The notes under the pieces: generated by a model | Told to the model about the DNA's origin: nothing | The model's input: the letters and a program-made list of their open reading frames with translations, nothing else | Databases searched by the model: none | Shown here: positions 37,025 through 49,300 of the stretch, in pieces | Layout of the letters: the number at the start of each line of letters is the position of its first letter | Position numbering within the stretch: the stretch's first letter is position 1 | Program-made: the position numbers and the translations under genes | Source: a virus | DNA: 64,000 nt | Strand: one strand, 5' to 3' | IMG/VR virus record: IMGVR_UViG_3300045988_152007 | Location: 60,475-124,474 of that record

Positions 37025-37801
37025 ATGCTTTTAAAAGATATGCTTAAAGACCTAAGCGGCGTATCTGCTGTTAAGGGCGGCTACGTTGAATATGGCTATG
37101 GTCAGGTTGAGCCTAATCATTTAAGTGCTCAGCGCACTGGTCAGATTTACGCTCAATTACCTGCTAACAAAAATATCCAGCTTCTTGAAAATGGCCAGTT
37201 TGTTAAGTATGACTATGCTGCTGGTGACCTTGGTGAAGTTGATTTCACTGGCAAGGGCGAATGGATGTTAGTTTATAATGAAATTAAACTTTATCGTGAG
37301 GAACAAGCTGATTGCGAATTTGCTATGCGCAAAGACGATTATCAGGCTCGTTATTACAGCCCCTATGATGGCAAGCAGGAAATTGGTACACGTCAGGCTC
37401 GCTATTTAAACGGCAAGGATGCCGAAGGTAATACTTCTATGACTATTACAGATAGTCAGGGTGTACAACATACTTATGAGTATGATGATGTTACTGCTGG
37501 TCCTGATATTCGTGAACTCTTCTATGAAGAAGATCCTTTACATTTTGATGGTCCTTATGAGGCTCGTAGAATGCCTGCTGGCACTAATATGGTTCCTCGT
37601 GTTTTCAAGACCAATGTTGGTGATATTTTTACGACTAATACTATTGCCGAAGCTACTCTTGCAGTTGGCGATGTTTTAAGTCCTCGTGCTGCTGATGGTA
37701 TGCTTTCTAAATCTGGTGATGGCTCTATCCAATGGTAGGTTGTCAAGGTTTATGAAATGCCTGATCATCAGAAGGGCGTTAAGATTATGCGAATCGCGTA
37801 A
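37025..37801 (+). CDS. abundant head protein (decoration/minor capsid candidate); TAG-free for 237 codons, then TAG at 37736 and a 20-codon extension
   Basis: Clean ORF 37025..37738. In-frame continuation to TAA at 37799-37801 was verified. Confidence 0.5.
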
Positions 37802-37818
37802 GAAAGGAGAGAAGAAAA

Positions 37819-38955
37819 ATGTTAGATAGAAAAAATCTTGTTCAATTAATGAAGACTGTCGCTAAGGCTGATCCTTCTACTCCTACTGCTTACAGCTTTA
37901 ATGGCGAAAGCCTTTCTTATGATGCTCTTAATGAAACTCTCCGCAGAGAATTAAATGAACTTGCTGGAACTTATTCTTTATATCGTGATAATAAGAACCT
38001 TATTTTCTCAATGATTGAGGAAACTATTGATGAAGTTCTTCCTAAGAAAGTTGAAGAGCAATATAATCAGTTTGCTGAAGTTAAGACGTTTAAACAGGGT
38101 GACAAGCCTATTTTCCGTAGAAAGTTCAGCAACAATACTCGTGCAAAGCAATTTATCACTCGTGTCGGCCTAGCTGGTATCTATGAAGTATTCAAGCTTG
38201 GTAAGACTGAAGAAAGTTTTGAAGTCCGTACAAGCGCTATCGGCGGAGCTACTCAAATTGGATTTGAGGAATTCCTTGATGGCCGTGTCGATTTTGGTGT
38301 TGTCACTCAGATCGTCATGGAAGGTATGGATGAACTTATCTATAAAGAAATTGCCGGTGCTTTAAAGGCTTCTGTTAACCAGTTACCTCCTGCTAACCGT
38401 TTAGTTGCTAATGGTTTTGATGAACCCGGCTTTGATAAGTTACTTATGATTGCTTCTGCTTATGGTACTCCTACTATTTATTGCACTTATGAATTTGCTG
38501 TTCGTATGATTCCGAAGGATGCTTGGCGTTATACTGAAGCTATGAAAAATGAGCTTTGGAATACTGGCCGTCTTGCTTCCTATAAGGGCTATAAAGTAGT
38601 TATTCTTGAACAGGGCTTTGAAGATGCTACTAATGAAAAGAAAGTCATTGACCCAGGTTATGCTTGGATTATTCCTACTGGTGCTGATAGTAAGCCTGTA
38701 AAGGTTGCTATGGAAGGCAATACCATTGTTGATGAATATACCAATTATGATCGTAGCCGTGAAATTCAGGTTTATAAGAAAGTCGGCGTTATTGCTATGT
38801 TAGCTAATAACATCTGCTGCTATTGTGATACTGAACTTCTTGGTGATATGAAGACATGGCATCTTGATGGCGTAACTGGTAAGGTCCGTGACTATGCTGG
38901 TCAGATTACTGGTTCTCATGATACTATTGATGGCGGTAATGAAGATAAGCCGTAA
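37819..38955 (+). CDS. major capsid protein candidate; contains no TAG codon
   Basis: 378-aa uninterrupted ORF with higher GC than surrounding genes. Followed by a strong terminator. Confidence 0.5.
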   Translation: MLDRKNLVQLMKTVAKADPSTPTAYSFNGESLSYDALNETLRRELNELAGTYSLYRDNKNLIFSMIEETIDEVLPKKVEEQYNQFAEVKTFKQGDKPIFRRKFSNNTRAKQFITRVGLAGIYEVFKLGKTEESFEVRTSAIGGATQIGFEEFLDGRVDFGVVTQIVMEGMDELIYKEIAGALKASVNQLPPANRLVANGFDEPGFDKLLMIASAYGTPTIYCTYEFAVRMIPKDAWRYTEAMKNELWNTGRLASYKGYKVVILEQGFEDATNEKKVIDPGYAWIIPTGADSKPVKVAMEGNTIVDEYTNYDRSREIQVYKKVGVIAMLANNICCYCDTELLGDMKTWHLDGVTGKVRDYAGQITGSHDTIDGGNEDKP

Positions 38956-38991
38956 TTGATATTAACTAAAAATTAATATATAATATTTTTA

Positions 38992-39032
38992 GGGGAGAAT
39001 GGGGAAATCCCCTTCTCCCCTATTTTGTTTTA
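38992..39032 (+). terminator. terminator after the major capsid gene
   Basis: ggggagaatggggaaatccccttctcccc, followed by tattttgtttta. Confidence 0.55.
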
Positions 39033-39055
39033 TGAGTAAAAGGAGAATAAAAAAA

Positions 39056-39622
39056 ATGAGTAAAAAAATTTTAATAGTTACTAATAGAAGTGCTGGAATG
39101 GTTGTTTATACCATTCCTGAAGAAGGTATCCGCAGAGAATTTACACCTGGAGAAACTAAGAAAATTCCTTTTGAGGAATTAGAGAAACTTGCCTATCTTA
39201 GCGGAGGCCGCACTTTGATGGAAAACTTCTTAAAGATTGTGGATACTGAAACTACAGAAGAATTAGGTATTCATACAGAACCTGAATATTATTTAGACGA
39301 CGCTGGAGTTATTAAGCTTCTTACCGAAGGGACTCTTGATGAATTCCTTGACTGTCTTGATTTTGCTCCTATTGGAGTTATTGATATGATTAAGAGTTAT
39401 GCTGTATCTCTTCCTATGAGTGATTACAATAAACGTAAAGCTCTTAAGGATAAAACTGGATTTGACCTTGATCGAGCCTTAGCTAATAAGGAAGCTGAAG
39501 CTGCAGATGATGAACAAATTACTCCAAAAGCTCCTGAACGTAGAGTAAAGACCGAAACTAAGCTCACAACGCCTCCTGGTCGTAGAACTGCTCCTCGGTA
39601 TAACGTTGTAAAAGAAGGTTAA
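39056..39622 (+). CDS. structural protein; contains no TAG codon
   Basis: ATG after AAAAGGAGA. 188 aa. Confidence 0.45.
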   Translation: MSKKILIVTNRSAGMVVYTIPEEGIRREFTPGETKKIPFEELEKLAYLSGGRTLMENFLKIVDTETTEELGIHTEPEYYLDDAGVIKLLTEGTLDEFLDCLDFAPIGVIDMIKSYAVSLPMSDYNKRKALKDKTGFDLDRALANKEAEAADDEQITPKAPERRVKTETKLTTPPGRRTAPRYNVVKEG

Positions 39623-39644
39623 TTATAAATAAGGAGGGTTTTAT

Positions 39645-40256
39645 ATGACATATTTTTATAAGATTTATGAACGCTTTTTAGGTAAAGTAACAGATGATAT
39701 GTATTTAGAACTTACTCCTCATGATACATTTTTAGATTTACGTCAATTACTTGTTGATAGTATTCCTGGATTTGAATTTCCGCGTAAACGATTAGATTAT
39801 GTTTTAGTTGATGAAGATGCTCCTGATTTTATAAAAGGGGAAATTGATGGCGGAAATATTGATATACCATTAGGCGGAGATTTATCTGAAGAAGTAGCTG
39901 GCAGTAACATTGATATAGATAATGCTTTTTAGGAGATATTTTCTGAAGAAAATACCTCCTATTTTAATGCCGATTTGGATGATGAAGAAATTAATATCTT
40001 GGCTTTGATTATGGTTGAAGCTTGGGTAGAACGTCAATTGGCATCTATTGAAGTAACAAGAATGAAATATTCTGGCACAGATTTTAAATTTACTTCATAG
40101 GCAAATCATATGTAGAAATTGTTATCATTGAGAACAGAAGTAAGACGTTAGGCCTTTCATATGCAGAGATTATATAAGCGTCGTAAAACTGATGATAATG
40201 GATATATTAAATCTAACTGGTCTGTTCTAAGGGAGGTAAGTGCCCTTGATGACTAA
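39645..40256 (+). CDS. head-tail connector/adaptor candidate; TAG-free N-terminal 95 codons then recoded
   Basis: INILALIMVEAWVERQLASIEV looks gp6-like. TAA at 40254-40256 verified in frame. Confidence 0.4.
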
Positions 40257-40542
40257 ATATAATTTTAATATAGATAATGATTTAATTAATACTAATATTA
40301 ATAGATTAACTAATTAGATATGGAAATTAATTCCTATGCGCGAAAATGAAGAAGATTGGTTATCTTAGTTAAATACTGTAATTATTGAATTAACTGGTCT
40401 TGGGGAAATTTTTAACGATAGTTAGTATTTAATTCTTTTAAGTAAATTAGAAGGATTAAAAAATATTGAAATTGAATTTCCTATTTATAGAAAGACAGTG
40501 TTTGAAGCTATTACTTTATTAAGGGGGCTTCACATTGAATAA
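40249..40542 (+). CDS. small structural protein, TAG-recoded
   Basis: 97 codons ending in TAA at 40540-40542. Confidence 0.35.
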
Positions 40543-41530
40543 AAATGAATATTTAGATGCAATGTATAACCGTATTCCAAAAGCCAATATGCTTACAAGA
40601 TATTTATATGGCGATGGAGTAACAGGACAACAAGAACGAATGATAAGAGATAAACGTAAAACATTAAGTAGAGCTTTACTTTATTCTTATCAAGCTGCTT
40701 TGGTAAAAAAATTATATGATGATAAAGATACTATTGAACGTCGTGCATTAATTAATCCCGATAAAATAAAATAGGATTATGATGAAAAAATTATTTCAAT
40801 TGGTTTTGAAAGTAATTTTAAAACTGGGGATATTTTTTAGTGGTTAGGTACAAATACTTATTGGTTAATTTATTTACAGGATTTAACTGAATTAGCTTAT
40901 TTTCGTGGTAATATAAGACGTTGTTCTTATGAAATTGCCTGGGAAGATGAAAATAAAAATTATCATAAAACTTATGTTGCTTTGCGTGGTCCTGTTGAAA
41001 CTAAAATTAATTATATTCAAAAGCATGAAATTAGTATAGATACCCCTAATCATTCTTTAAATATATTATTACCTTATAATGATGATAATGTAAAATTATG
41101 TTAGCGTTATAATAAATTTTATTTATAGAATGACCCTAATAAAACATGTTGGCGTATTGAAGCTACTGATTTGTATTCTACCCCTGGAATAATTGAAATT
41201 AACGCTGTCGAGTATTATTCTAATGAAACCGCTGATGATATTGATAATGGTATTGTCAATGGTTTAATATAGTCGGTTCAAGATCCTAATTCAGGTAAAG
41301 AGAATGGCATTATAGGTGATACTTTTATTAAGCCTAAAGTAGTATATGAATATAAATATGATGGAATTAACTCTGGCGAATGGACTTGGGATAAAAAATT
41401 ACCATTAACAGTTAAAGTAAATGAAGAAACAAAGACTTTAAAATTACGATGGGAAACTACATATTGTGGTTAGTTTGATTTATTCTATGGGCCAGAATGT
41501 AAAACCATTGTAGTTGAATCTTTATTTTAA
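40535..41530 (+). CDS. structural (neck/tail) protein, TAG-recoded
   Basis: 331 codons. TAA at 41528-41530 verified. Confidence 0.4.
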
Positions 41531-41551
41531 AGATGAAGGAGAAATCGGAGA

Positions 41552-42142
41552 ATGAAAATTGATAATGTAAAAAATCCAGAGTCAGCATTTTTGGCCCAAG
41601 AGAAAGATATGAGAATTATAGTTGATCGTATGGCCGCGAATCAACGTTTGCGTAAATTACTTTATTATACTACTCCTGATGCGTTAAAAAAACCAGAAGT
41701 AAGTGATTAGAATTTCGCAAAAATGTTTGGCAAGAATATAAGGAATTTACCAAAATTATATATAGATAAAGATGTTTTAAATTATATCGTTATTAGTTTT
41801 GATAATTTTGCTCCTAATGGAGATAATCCTGAATTCAGAGATAATACTATTGAATTTGATATTATTTGTCATTATGATTAGTGGCAGTTAGCTGATTCAT
41901 TTTAGTTAAGACCTTATAGAATTGCTGCTGAACTTGATAGTATGTTAGATAAAAAACATTTAACTGGAATTGGGCAACTTAATTTCGTCGGAGCATAGCA
42001 AATTATATTAACTGATGAATTTGCTGGACTTTGTTTATTATATGATACAATACACGGAGGAGAAGATAAAAAATATATGCCAAATCCTGCTGATGAACAA
42101 ATGTTTATCGAGGATTATTTTAAAATGCCTAAAATGAACTAA
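41552..42142 (+). CDS. structural protein, TAG-recoded
   Basis: 196 codons. TAATG overlap with the next gene. Confidence 0.4.
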
Positions 42143-42876
42143 TGGATTATAAACTTAGTTTAATGTGCGGAACAGATTTACCTGTTCCAGAAATTCCATT
42201 GACTTTTCATTAGCCTAAGATAAAGGAAATAGCATTGATTGGCGAAAAAGAATTTTTTACTGGTGCTCAGTGTCTTTGTATTAATAAAAATAGTATAACA
42301 AATCAGGACAAGAATGATTTGGATACTACTACCAATTTTTAGATATTTATGATGGTAATGCTATAGAAAGATAATGTTAAACGGCGTAAAGCCGCGCAAT
42401 AGGTTCTATCATTACTATTCCCAAATTCAAAGTCTACATTTACTCCTAGATCTATTGTTATTTAGTATAATGAGAGTGACATTTAGATTAATCTTGATGA
42501 TGATAACTTTGAATTATTTTAGTCGGTAGCAAGACAAATTTTTTGTTTTGATACTAATAAAAATGGGCAAGATAACTATAATCCTGCTAATAAGAAAGCT
42601 CAAGAAATAGCTAATAAATTAATGAAAGGGCGTCAAAGAGTCGCTGAACTTAAAGGGGTTACCGATTCAAGCATTTTGAGCCAATACGTTTCTACATTGA
42701 CTATTGGATTAGATTCAATGTCATTAGAAGATTGTATGAATTTAACATTGTATTAGTTATACGATTTAATAGAAAGATTTTCTCTTTACACTAATTGGGA
42801 TATTGATGTAAAGAGTAGATTAGCAGGAGCTAAGTCAGATAAAAAACCTGACAATTGGATGAAAAACATTCATTAA
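42142..42876 (+). CDS. structural protein, TAG-recoded
   Basis: 244 codons. TAA at 42874-42876. Confidence 0.4.
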
Positions 42877-42955
42877 TTTTGTATAAATCGCTTTACTAAT
42901 TTTTGTAGCGAGTTATATAAATAAAATTTAAATTTTATTAAGGAGGAAATAACCT

Positions 42956-44041
42956 ATGAAATTTGGTGTTCGTGAGATATGCGATGTCGTATTAAAAGCT
43001 CGTGCTCCTATGAAGGTTGGTAATAAAGTTTTCTATGCGAACGAACCAGTTCTTTATTTTGATACATTAAAAACTTCTAGCCTTGAAGGTGCTTCTACGA
43101 CCGTATATGCACAAGGCGGACGCGGCAATGCTCGTTTAGTAGCTTGGGATGGCGACCGTACTTTAACATTCACTATGGAAGATGCTCTTATTTCTGCTGA
43201 AGGTTTCATGATTCTTGCTGGAGCAGGTCTTATTGATGCTTCGAAGCAGAATACGATTAAACAGCATGTAACTGAAAAAACAACTGCTGTCGCTCTCTCT
43301 GAAGATAAAAAGAGTGTACAAATTTTTGTTAAGAACTTACCATATGAACAAGTTGATACTACTACTGGTGCGCATAAGGGTGAATTCTATATTTATGCTA
43401 TGCGAGTTGACAATGATGAGCCAGTAACTGAACCTTATCTTCCTACAGTTATTCGTTAGACAGAGGCACCAACAAAACCTCAAAAGTTCTATTTTGATGA
43501 AACTGAAATGAAGTATAAGACCTGCACTGATGAAGAAGCTGATACTAAAGCCAAAGCTGGTACTTAGATTTATTATGGTCTTCAAATTAAGGAAATCACT
43601 TCTACTTACAAAATCGTCGATGAAACTGAAGCCGGGGCAGAACATAAGTTAGAACTCTTTGAAGGCTCTGTTGTTCTTCTTGATTATTATATTGAGAAAG
43701 CCAGCAAGACTCGTCAAATTGAAATTACTGCTGAATCTTTTGGTGGCAACTTCTATCTTGAAGCTTCTACTCTATTCCGTACTCAAGACGGCGTTGATCT
43801 TCCAGCAGAATTTATAATCCCTAACTGCAAGATTCAGTCTAACTTTACTTTCAGCATGGCCGCGACTGGCGATCCTGCGACTTTCACTTTCACGCTTGAT
43901 GCTTTCCCAGGAACTACTCGTTTCAATCCTACTAAGAAAGTACTTGCTGCAATTCAGATCATTGAAGATATTGACAATGATAGTGTCTATCGTACTCAAA
44001 CTATCCATGATCCGATGCACGACAGCTATTTTGATATTTAA
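42956..44041 (+). CDS. major tail (tube) protein candidate; TAG-free for 167 codons, then recoded
   Basis: AGGAGG RBS. The clean 42956..43459 ORF continues in frame through the TAG to TAA at 44039-44041. Confidence 0.5.
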
Positions 44042-44043
44042 TT

Positions 44044-44208
44044 ATGATTATTAGCTCTAATGCTCCACGGCCTATTAAAGCGTTTGAAGTAGAAAAAGTC
44101 GTAATTAAAAAGTCGAAAAAAGAAAATAAAATTTCTCAACAAAAAGAAAATAAAGCTCCTCTCACAGAGGATGAACTTATTGAAAAGATTATTAAAGGAG
44201 AGGGTTAA
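44044..44208 (+). CDS. small protein (54 aa)
   Basis: Followed directly by a terminator. Confidence 0.35.
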   Translation: MIISSNAPRPIKAFEVEKVVIKKSKKENKISQQKENKAPLTEDELIEKIIKGEG

Positions 44209-44230
44209 TCCCTCTCCTTTTTTTATTTTG
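44197..44230 (+). terminator. terminator after the major tail gene block
   Basis: ggagagggttaatccctctcc, followed by tttttttatttt. Confidence 0.55.
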
Positions 44231-44251
44231 TGAAAAAGGAGAGAAAAAGAT

Positions 44252-45571
44252 ATGGCAAAATTAACAAATGCCTAGAAAAATTAGTTAGTTTATTATAAAC
44301 AAAAGGGAGTTTCATATAAAAATGAAGTAAATACTCCTACTTATTTAAATAGTCTTTTGGAAACATATAGAGCAGCAGCTCGACCAAATGATATGATTAC
44401 TAATAAAGAAGTTCAGGACGCTAAATTATTAGAAGAAGTTTTAAATGGAATTAAATAGATACAAAATAATTATAGTAAAAAAATGTCTTTCACTACCGAG
44501 TCTTTAGTAAAAATAGTTTAGGATTAGGCTTTAGCCGAATTATTTAATTAGTTATATATGGTAAATCCTAATTTATTTACTAATGGAGGATTGGTGAAAA
44601 AAGGAGCTAATAGTTCTGAACGTGGTGCTTTATTAGAAAATTTTATGAATGAATTTATTACTACTATTGACTATGCTTTTTAGAATATAGAAATGCCTTA
44701 TGGTCCTTTACCTCAAACACATCGTTCTGGTCAGTTAGTTGATAGTATTAATATGAAAAATTTAATTATTAATGCTGGTGATGGAGCCATAGATAGTGCA
44801 ACAAAAACTGCCATAAATTATTTCTCTAGGCTAGCTTATAAAATTGGGCAGGAAAAAAAAGATTCAGGTAATACTACAACAGAACGTCAAAAAAATAATT
44901 TAAAAGCTGTTACTATTTATACTCAAATTAAAGAAAATGGTAAAGTCGGTGCTATTTAGAGTAAATAGATAAAAGCTGATAATACAGGATTAAATTATAA
45001 TATTTCAATAACAGCTACCGCAACAATGTTAGAACGAGTAGTTAATGCTTTATCATTAGCTACTTTTAGTGATAAAAACTATTTATCAAATAGTTTTATA
45101 GGTTTAGGCCATACTAATCCTTATCGTGTTTTTTTAACCGTAGCCGATGGAGATACAAGTTATAAGTTATATAGATATGCTCGTATGTTAAATTGTATGG
45201 CAAGGCATTCTAAAATGGCCGAGCATAATGATGTACCTAAAATGTTTTTTAGAATTAGAGCTATTTATGAATTAACAGGGGCTAAGCAAAGAGTTGGAGA
45301 TACTAAGTATGCTTATTAGAATGTAATGGCAAATTTTATTAATGATATTGGTCGTACTAAATTTTTAGTTATTAATAATCCTAAAAAAGAAGGATTCTTA
45401 AAAGTTTTATCAACAGCTAAATTGGCAAAAGATATAGAAATGAATTTATATTTTAATAAAAAATAGGGATCTAAAAGTATTTTAGAAAATGATAAAAGAA
45501 GAATGTCCATGGAACAAGCTTTATATAGTCCTATTAGTATGAATTTTGAAAAAATTTTTGAGGATTAGTAA
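44252..45571 (+). CDS. tail-associated protein, TAG-recoded
   Basis: 439 codons with about 15 TAG. Ends in TAG-TAA. Confidence 0.4.
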
Positions 45572-45578
45572 AATTTTT

Positions 45579-45607
45579 TTGACTTTGAAAAATTTTTTTG
45601 TTATAAT
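45579..45607 (+). promoter_or_regulatory. internal late promoter TTGACT-17-TATAAT upstream of the chaperone and TMP genes
   Basis: ttgactttgaaaaatttttttgttataat. Confidence 0.55.
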
Positions 45608-45684
45608 ATATTTGTAAGATAATGAAAATTAAAAAATTTACCTAGATAATTTTTTTAAAATATAATAAAGAAGGAGGCGAGGTA

Positions 45685-46212
45685 ATGGCAAAATTGGCAT
45701 TTTCCAAGCTTACACTTCAAAAAAACTCTTAGGTAAAAGAATGGAGTTTTAATGAGCAATCTATTGAAGTAAAGCAGTATTTGTCTATTAAGGAAAGAAT
45801 GGATATTGCTTAGTTGGTCATTCAACAAGTCATTGATTTTAATAATGAATTTTTGAATGAATTTGCTTTCCATATGTATATGGATTTAGCAATAGTATTT
45901 AATTATACAAATTTATCTTTTACTGATAAGCAAAAAGAAGATTTGTATAAACTTTATGATTTACTTGTTGGATCAGGGTTTATGAAAGAATTGAAGAAGC
46001 AAGTAGATTGTAATCAAACTGATGATTTAGAAGTCTATACTTATGAAACACTTAATGGATATTATAAATATCATAATAGTATTTATGGAATTATGGATGC
46101 TATGAATCAGAATTATTCTAATTTAAACTTAGATGTTAATGAACTGCAAGATAAGATTTCTAATCCTGAGAGTCTATCTTTAGTAAAAGATATTTTAACC
46201 AAGATGGGTTAA
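45685..46212 (+). CDS. tail assembly chaperone candidate, TAG-recoded
   Basis: 175 aa immediately upstream of the tape measure gene. Behind the late promoter at 45579. Confidence 0.4.
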
Positions 46213-46252
46213 AATATTATAATTAATTTCTAATTTAAATAGGAATATTAAA

Positions 46253-46287
46253 AGGCGAGAGGCTTTGTTCCTCTCGCCTTTTCTTTA
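46253..46287 (+). terminator. terminator/attenuator between chaperone and tape measure genes
   Basis: aggcgagaggctttgttcctctcgcct, followed by tttcttt. Confidence 0.45.
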
Positions 46288-46326
46288 TATATATAGAAAT
46301 TTATAATGAGAGAAAGGAGCTATTTT

Positions 46327-49300
46327 ATGGCTAATAACAGTGCTAATTATAATGTTAATATGCGATTTACAGCTGATACAGGTCAAGCTAAATAGCAATT
46401 ACGAGATTTACAAAGTTCATTAGATACTTTAATGAATTAGATAGCAACAAAAAATATTAAATTTTTTGATGTTAATGCCACTAAAAAAGAAATAGATGAA
46501 GCCTCGGCAGCAGTTTAGGAGTTAAAAATTGCTTTAGATTAGGCGACTAATGTTAATACTGGGCGTTTAGATTTATCAAAATTTTCAAAGAGTTTAAGCT
46601 AGAGTGGTTATACTCTTTAGGATTTTGCTACACACTTAGAGAATCTAGGCCCAACAGGTGATAAAGCATTTGTTGCATTAGCATAGTCTGTTATTAATGC
46701 TGAAGTTCCTTTAAAAAGAACTAACGCTATATTAGATAATTTTAAAAAGACATTAGCTAATACAGCCAAATGGCAAATTTCATCTAACTTAATGCATGGA
46801 GTATAGGGTTCTTTATAGAAAGCTTACTATTATGCAGAAGATTTAAATAGATCATTAAATGATATTCGTATAGTTACTGGATAGAGTAATGATTAGATGG
46901 CTGAGTTTGCTGAAAAAGCTAATAAGGCTGCTCAAGCATTAAGTACAACTACTACTAATTATACTAATGCTTCTTTAATTTATTATCAATAGGGTTTAAG
47001 TGATAAAGAAGTTGCTGATCGTACTGAAGTTACTATTAAAATGGCTAACGCCGCAGGCGAAAGTGCTTCTAAAGTATCTGATTAGTTAACTGCTGTTTGG
47101 AATAACTTCTATGATGGTAGCAAATCTCTTGAATATTATGCAGATGTAATGACTAAACTTGGTGCATATACTGCTTCTAGTACTGATGAAATTTCAGAAG
47201 GTATATAGAAATTCGCTTCTGTTGCTAATACTATTGGTCTTAGTTATGAATATGCTACATCTGCATTAGCTACATTAACTGCCAAAACACGTGAAAGTGC
47301 GAATACAGTAGGTAATAGCCTTAAAACCTTATTTGCACGTATTTAGGGTCTGACTCTTGGAGAAACTCTTGAAGATGGTACTGATTTAAATAAATATTCT
47401 AAAGCCCTTGAAAAAGTTGGTATTAGTATTAAAGATCAATAGGGTGAGTTAAAAGATATGAATACTATCCTTGATGAAATGATGAATAAGTGGGATAGTT
47501 TAAGTCGTGCTGAACAAGTGGCTCTTGCATAGACTGTTGGTGGTGTTCGTCAATACACTCAATTAGTTAATCTTATGGAGAATAAAGATTATTTTAAAGA
47601 GCTAGTTGGAGTGGCTAAAAATTCTGAAGGTACTTTACAAGAACAAGCTGATATTTATGCTGAAAGTTGGGAAGCTTCTAAAAAGCGAGTACAAGCTTCT
47701 CTTGAAGAAATTTATAAGCAATTAGTTAGTGATAAATTTTTTATCGGATTAAATGATACATTAAGTGATACATTAAATATTACAAGCAAATTGATTGATT
47801 CATTAGGCGGATTGCCTGGTGTATTAAGTGTTATTTCTACTTTAATGCTAAAAAGCTTCGGTCCTGATATTGTAAATAATATGCAGCGTATGGCTTCCAA
47901 TTTGTTTATTGACAGCGGAGCTGCTGAAAATTAGGCTGCGGTTATGAAGCAGTAGATGATAAATGTTTTAAAGACCTTTACAACTTATGAAGAAAAACCT
48001 GATTTAACAAAATAGGGTTCAGTTGAATTAGAAACAACTACAATGGTTAAAGCTGCAGAGGCTTCTTATGATTTATAGCTAGCAAATAATTAGTTAAATG
48101 AAACAGATAAATTAAGATTATAGACATTATTAAAAATTTCTTAGGCTTATGGACAAATAGCTATAGAATCTAAAAAAAGCATAGAAGCTCAACAAACTTA
48201 GAGTAATAACAATTTACGTAATGCTCGCAATACAATTTTTGAAGATAATAATAAAAAATTTGGTGGAGATAAGGGCGTAATTTATTTTGACAATAACTTA
48301 AAAAAAGGCCAAAAGATTGTTGATAATTTTTATAATGATAAAACAATGCAAGATTTAGAGTCTTTAAAAATTAATTCAAATGGTTCTTTTAAAGATTTTA
48401 TTTCTCAATTTGGTCAATTAGATTTAAATAATCAAAGATATAGTAAATTAAATTAGTTAATTCAATAGGGTAACAATTCTAATCTAAGTAATGGTGCTAA
48501 AGGTACTCTTAGAAAAGATATATTAGCTGAAGTTAATAATTTAAGAGACGTTAATCTTGAAATTGATAATTATGTTAATTAGAAAATTAAAGCAGAAAAA
48601 TTAACAAAAGCTTAGTCTAATGCTTTAAGATAGTGTCTTACAGATTACGTAAATGAGAAAGAGGCTCTTTTGTAGAACAAAGGAGCGGTTGAAAAATATG
48701 AGAGTGCTATTGAAGCTTTTAACGCAGAATTAAAAGCTAGTCAAGGATCTATATATAGTTTTTCTCAAGGATTAGTTTCTAGTTTTTAGGGTATTTCTCA
48801 ATTAGCTATTGGAATCAATAGTTTAAAAGGAATGTTTAATACTTTAAATAATAGCGAATTAGATTTTGGAGAAAAATTAACTTAGAGCATTACTTCGGCA
48901 AGTTTTGCTATTCCTTCTTTAATCAATGGAGTAAATTAGTTAGCTAGTGGATTAAAAGAAATTGGAACTAATTGGAAGGGACTAGGTACTAATATTTTAT
49001 CAATAATGACTGGTTTAGGAGGGTCTTTATAGGGTTCTGACTTATAGGCAGCTTTAAAGACAAAGATAGAGAATAGCTCTGGATTTAGAGCTAAAATTAT
49101 GCAAACTGGTCTTGATGCTTATACCGCCAAGCTTAAAGAATTGGGAGTAGCTGCTGGTTCTGCGGGAACTGCTGAATAGCAATTGGCAGCTAGTGGTGCA
49201 GCGACTCATGCAATGTTTACTAAATCTTTACTTGTTTTGGGTAAATATGCTTTAATAATTGGAGCAGTAGTTGCTGCCATTGCTGTATTGGTTAAAGTAT

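Noticed and set aside
37736-37738. TAG at 37736 as the genuine stop of the 37025 gene (and likewise 43457 for the tail gene)
   Set aside because: It is not fully rejected. Given genome-wide TAG read-through, the in-frame extensions to TAA were annotated, but partial termination giving two isoforms remains plausible.
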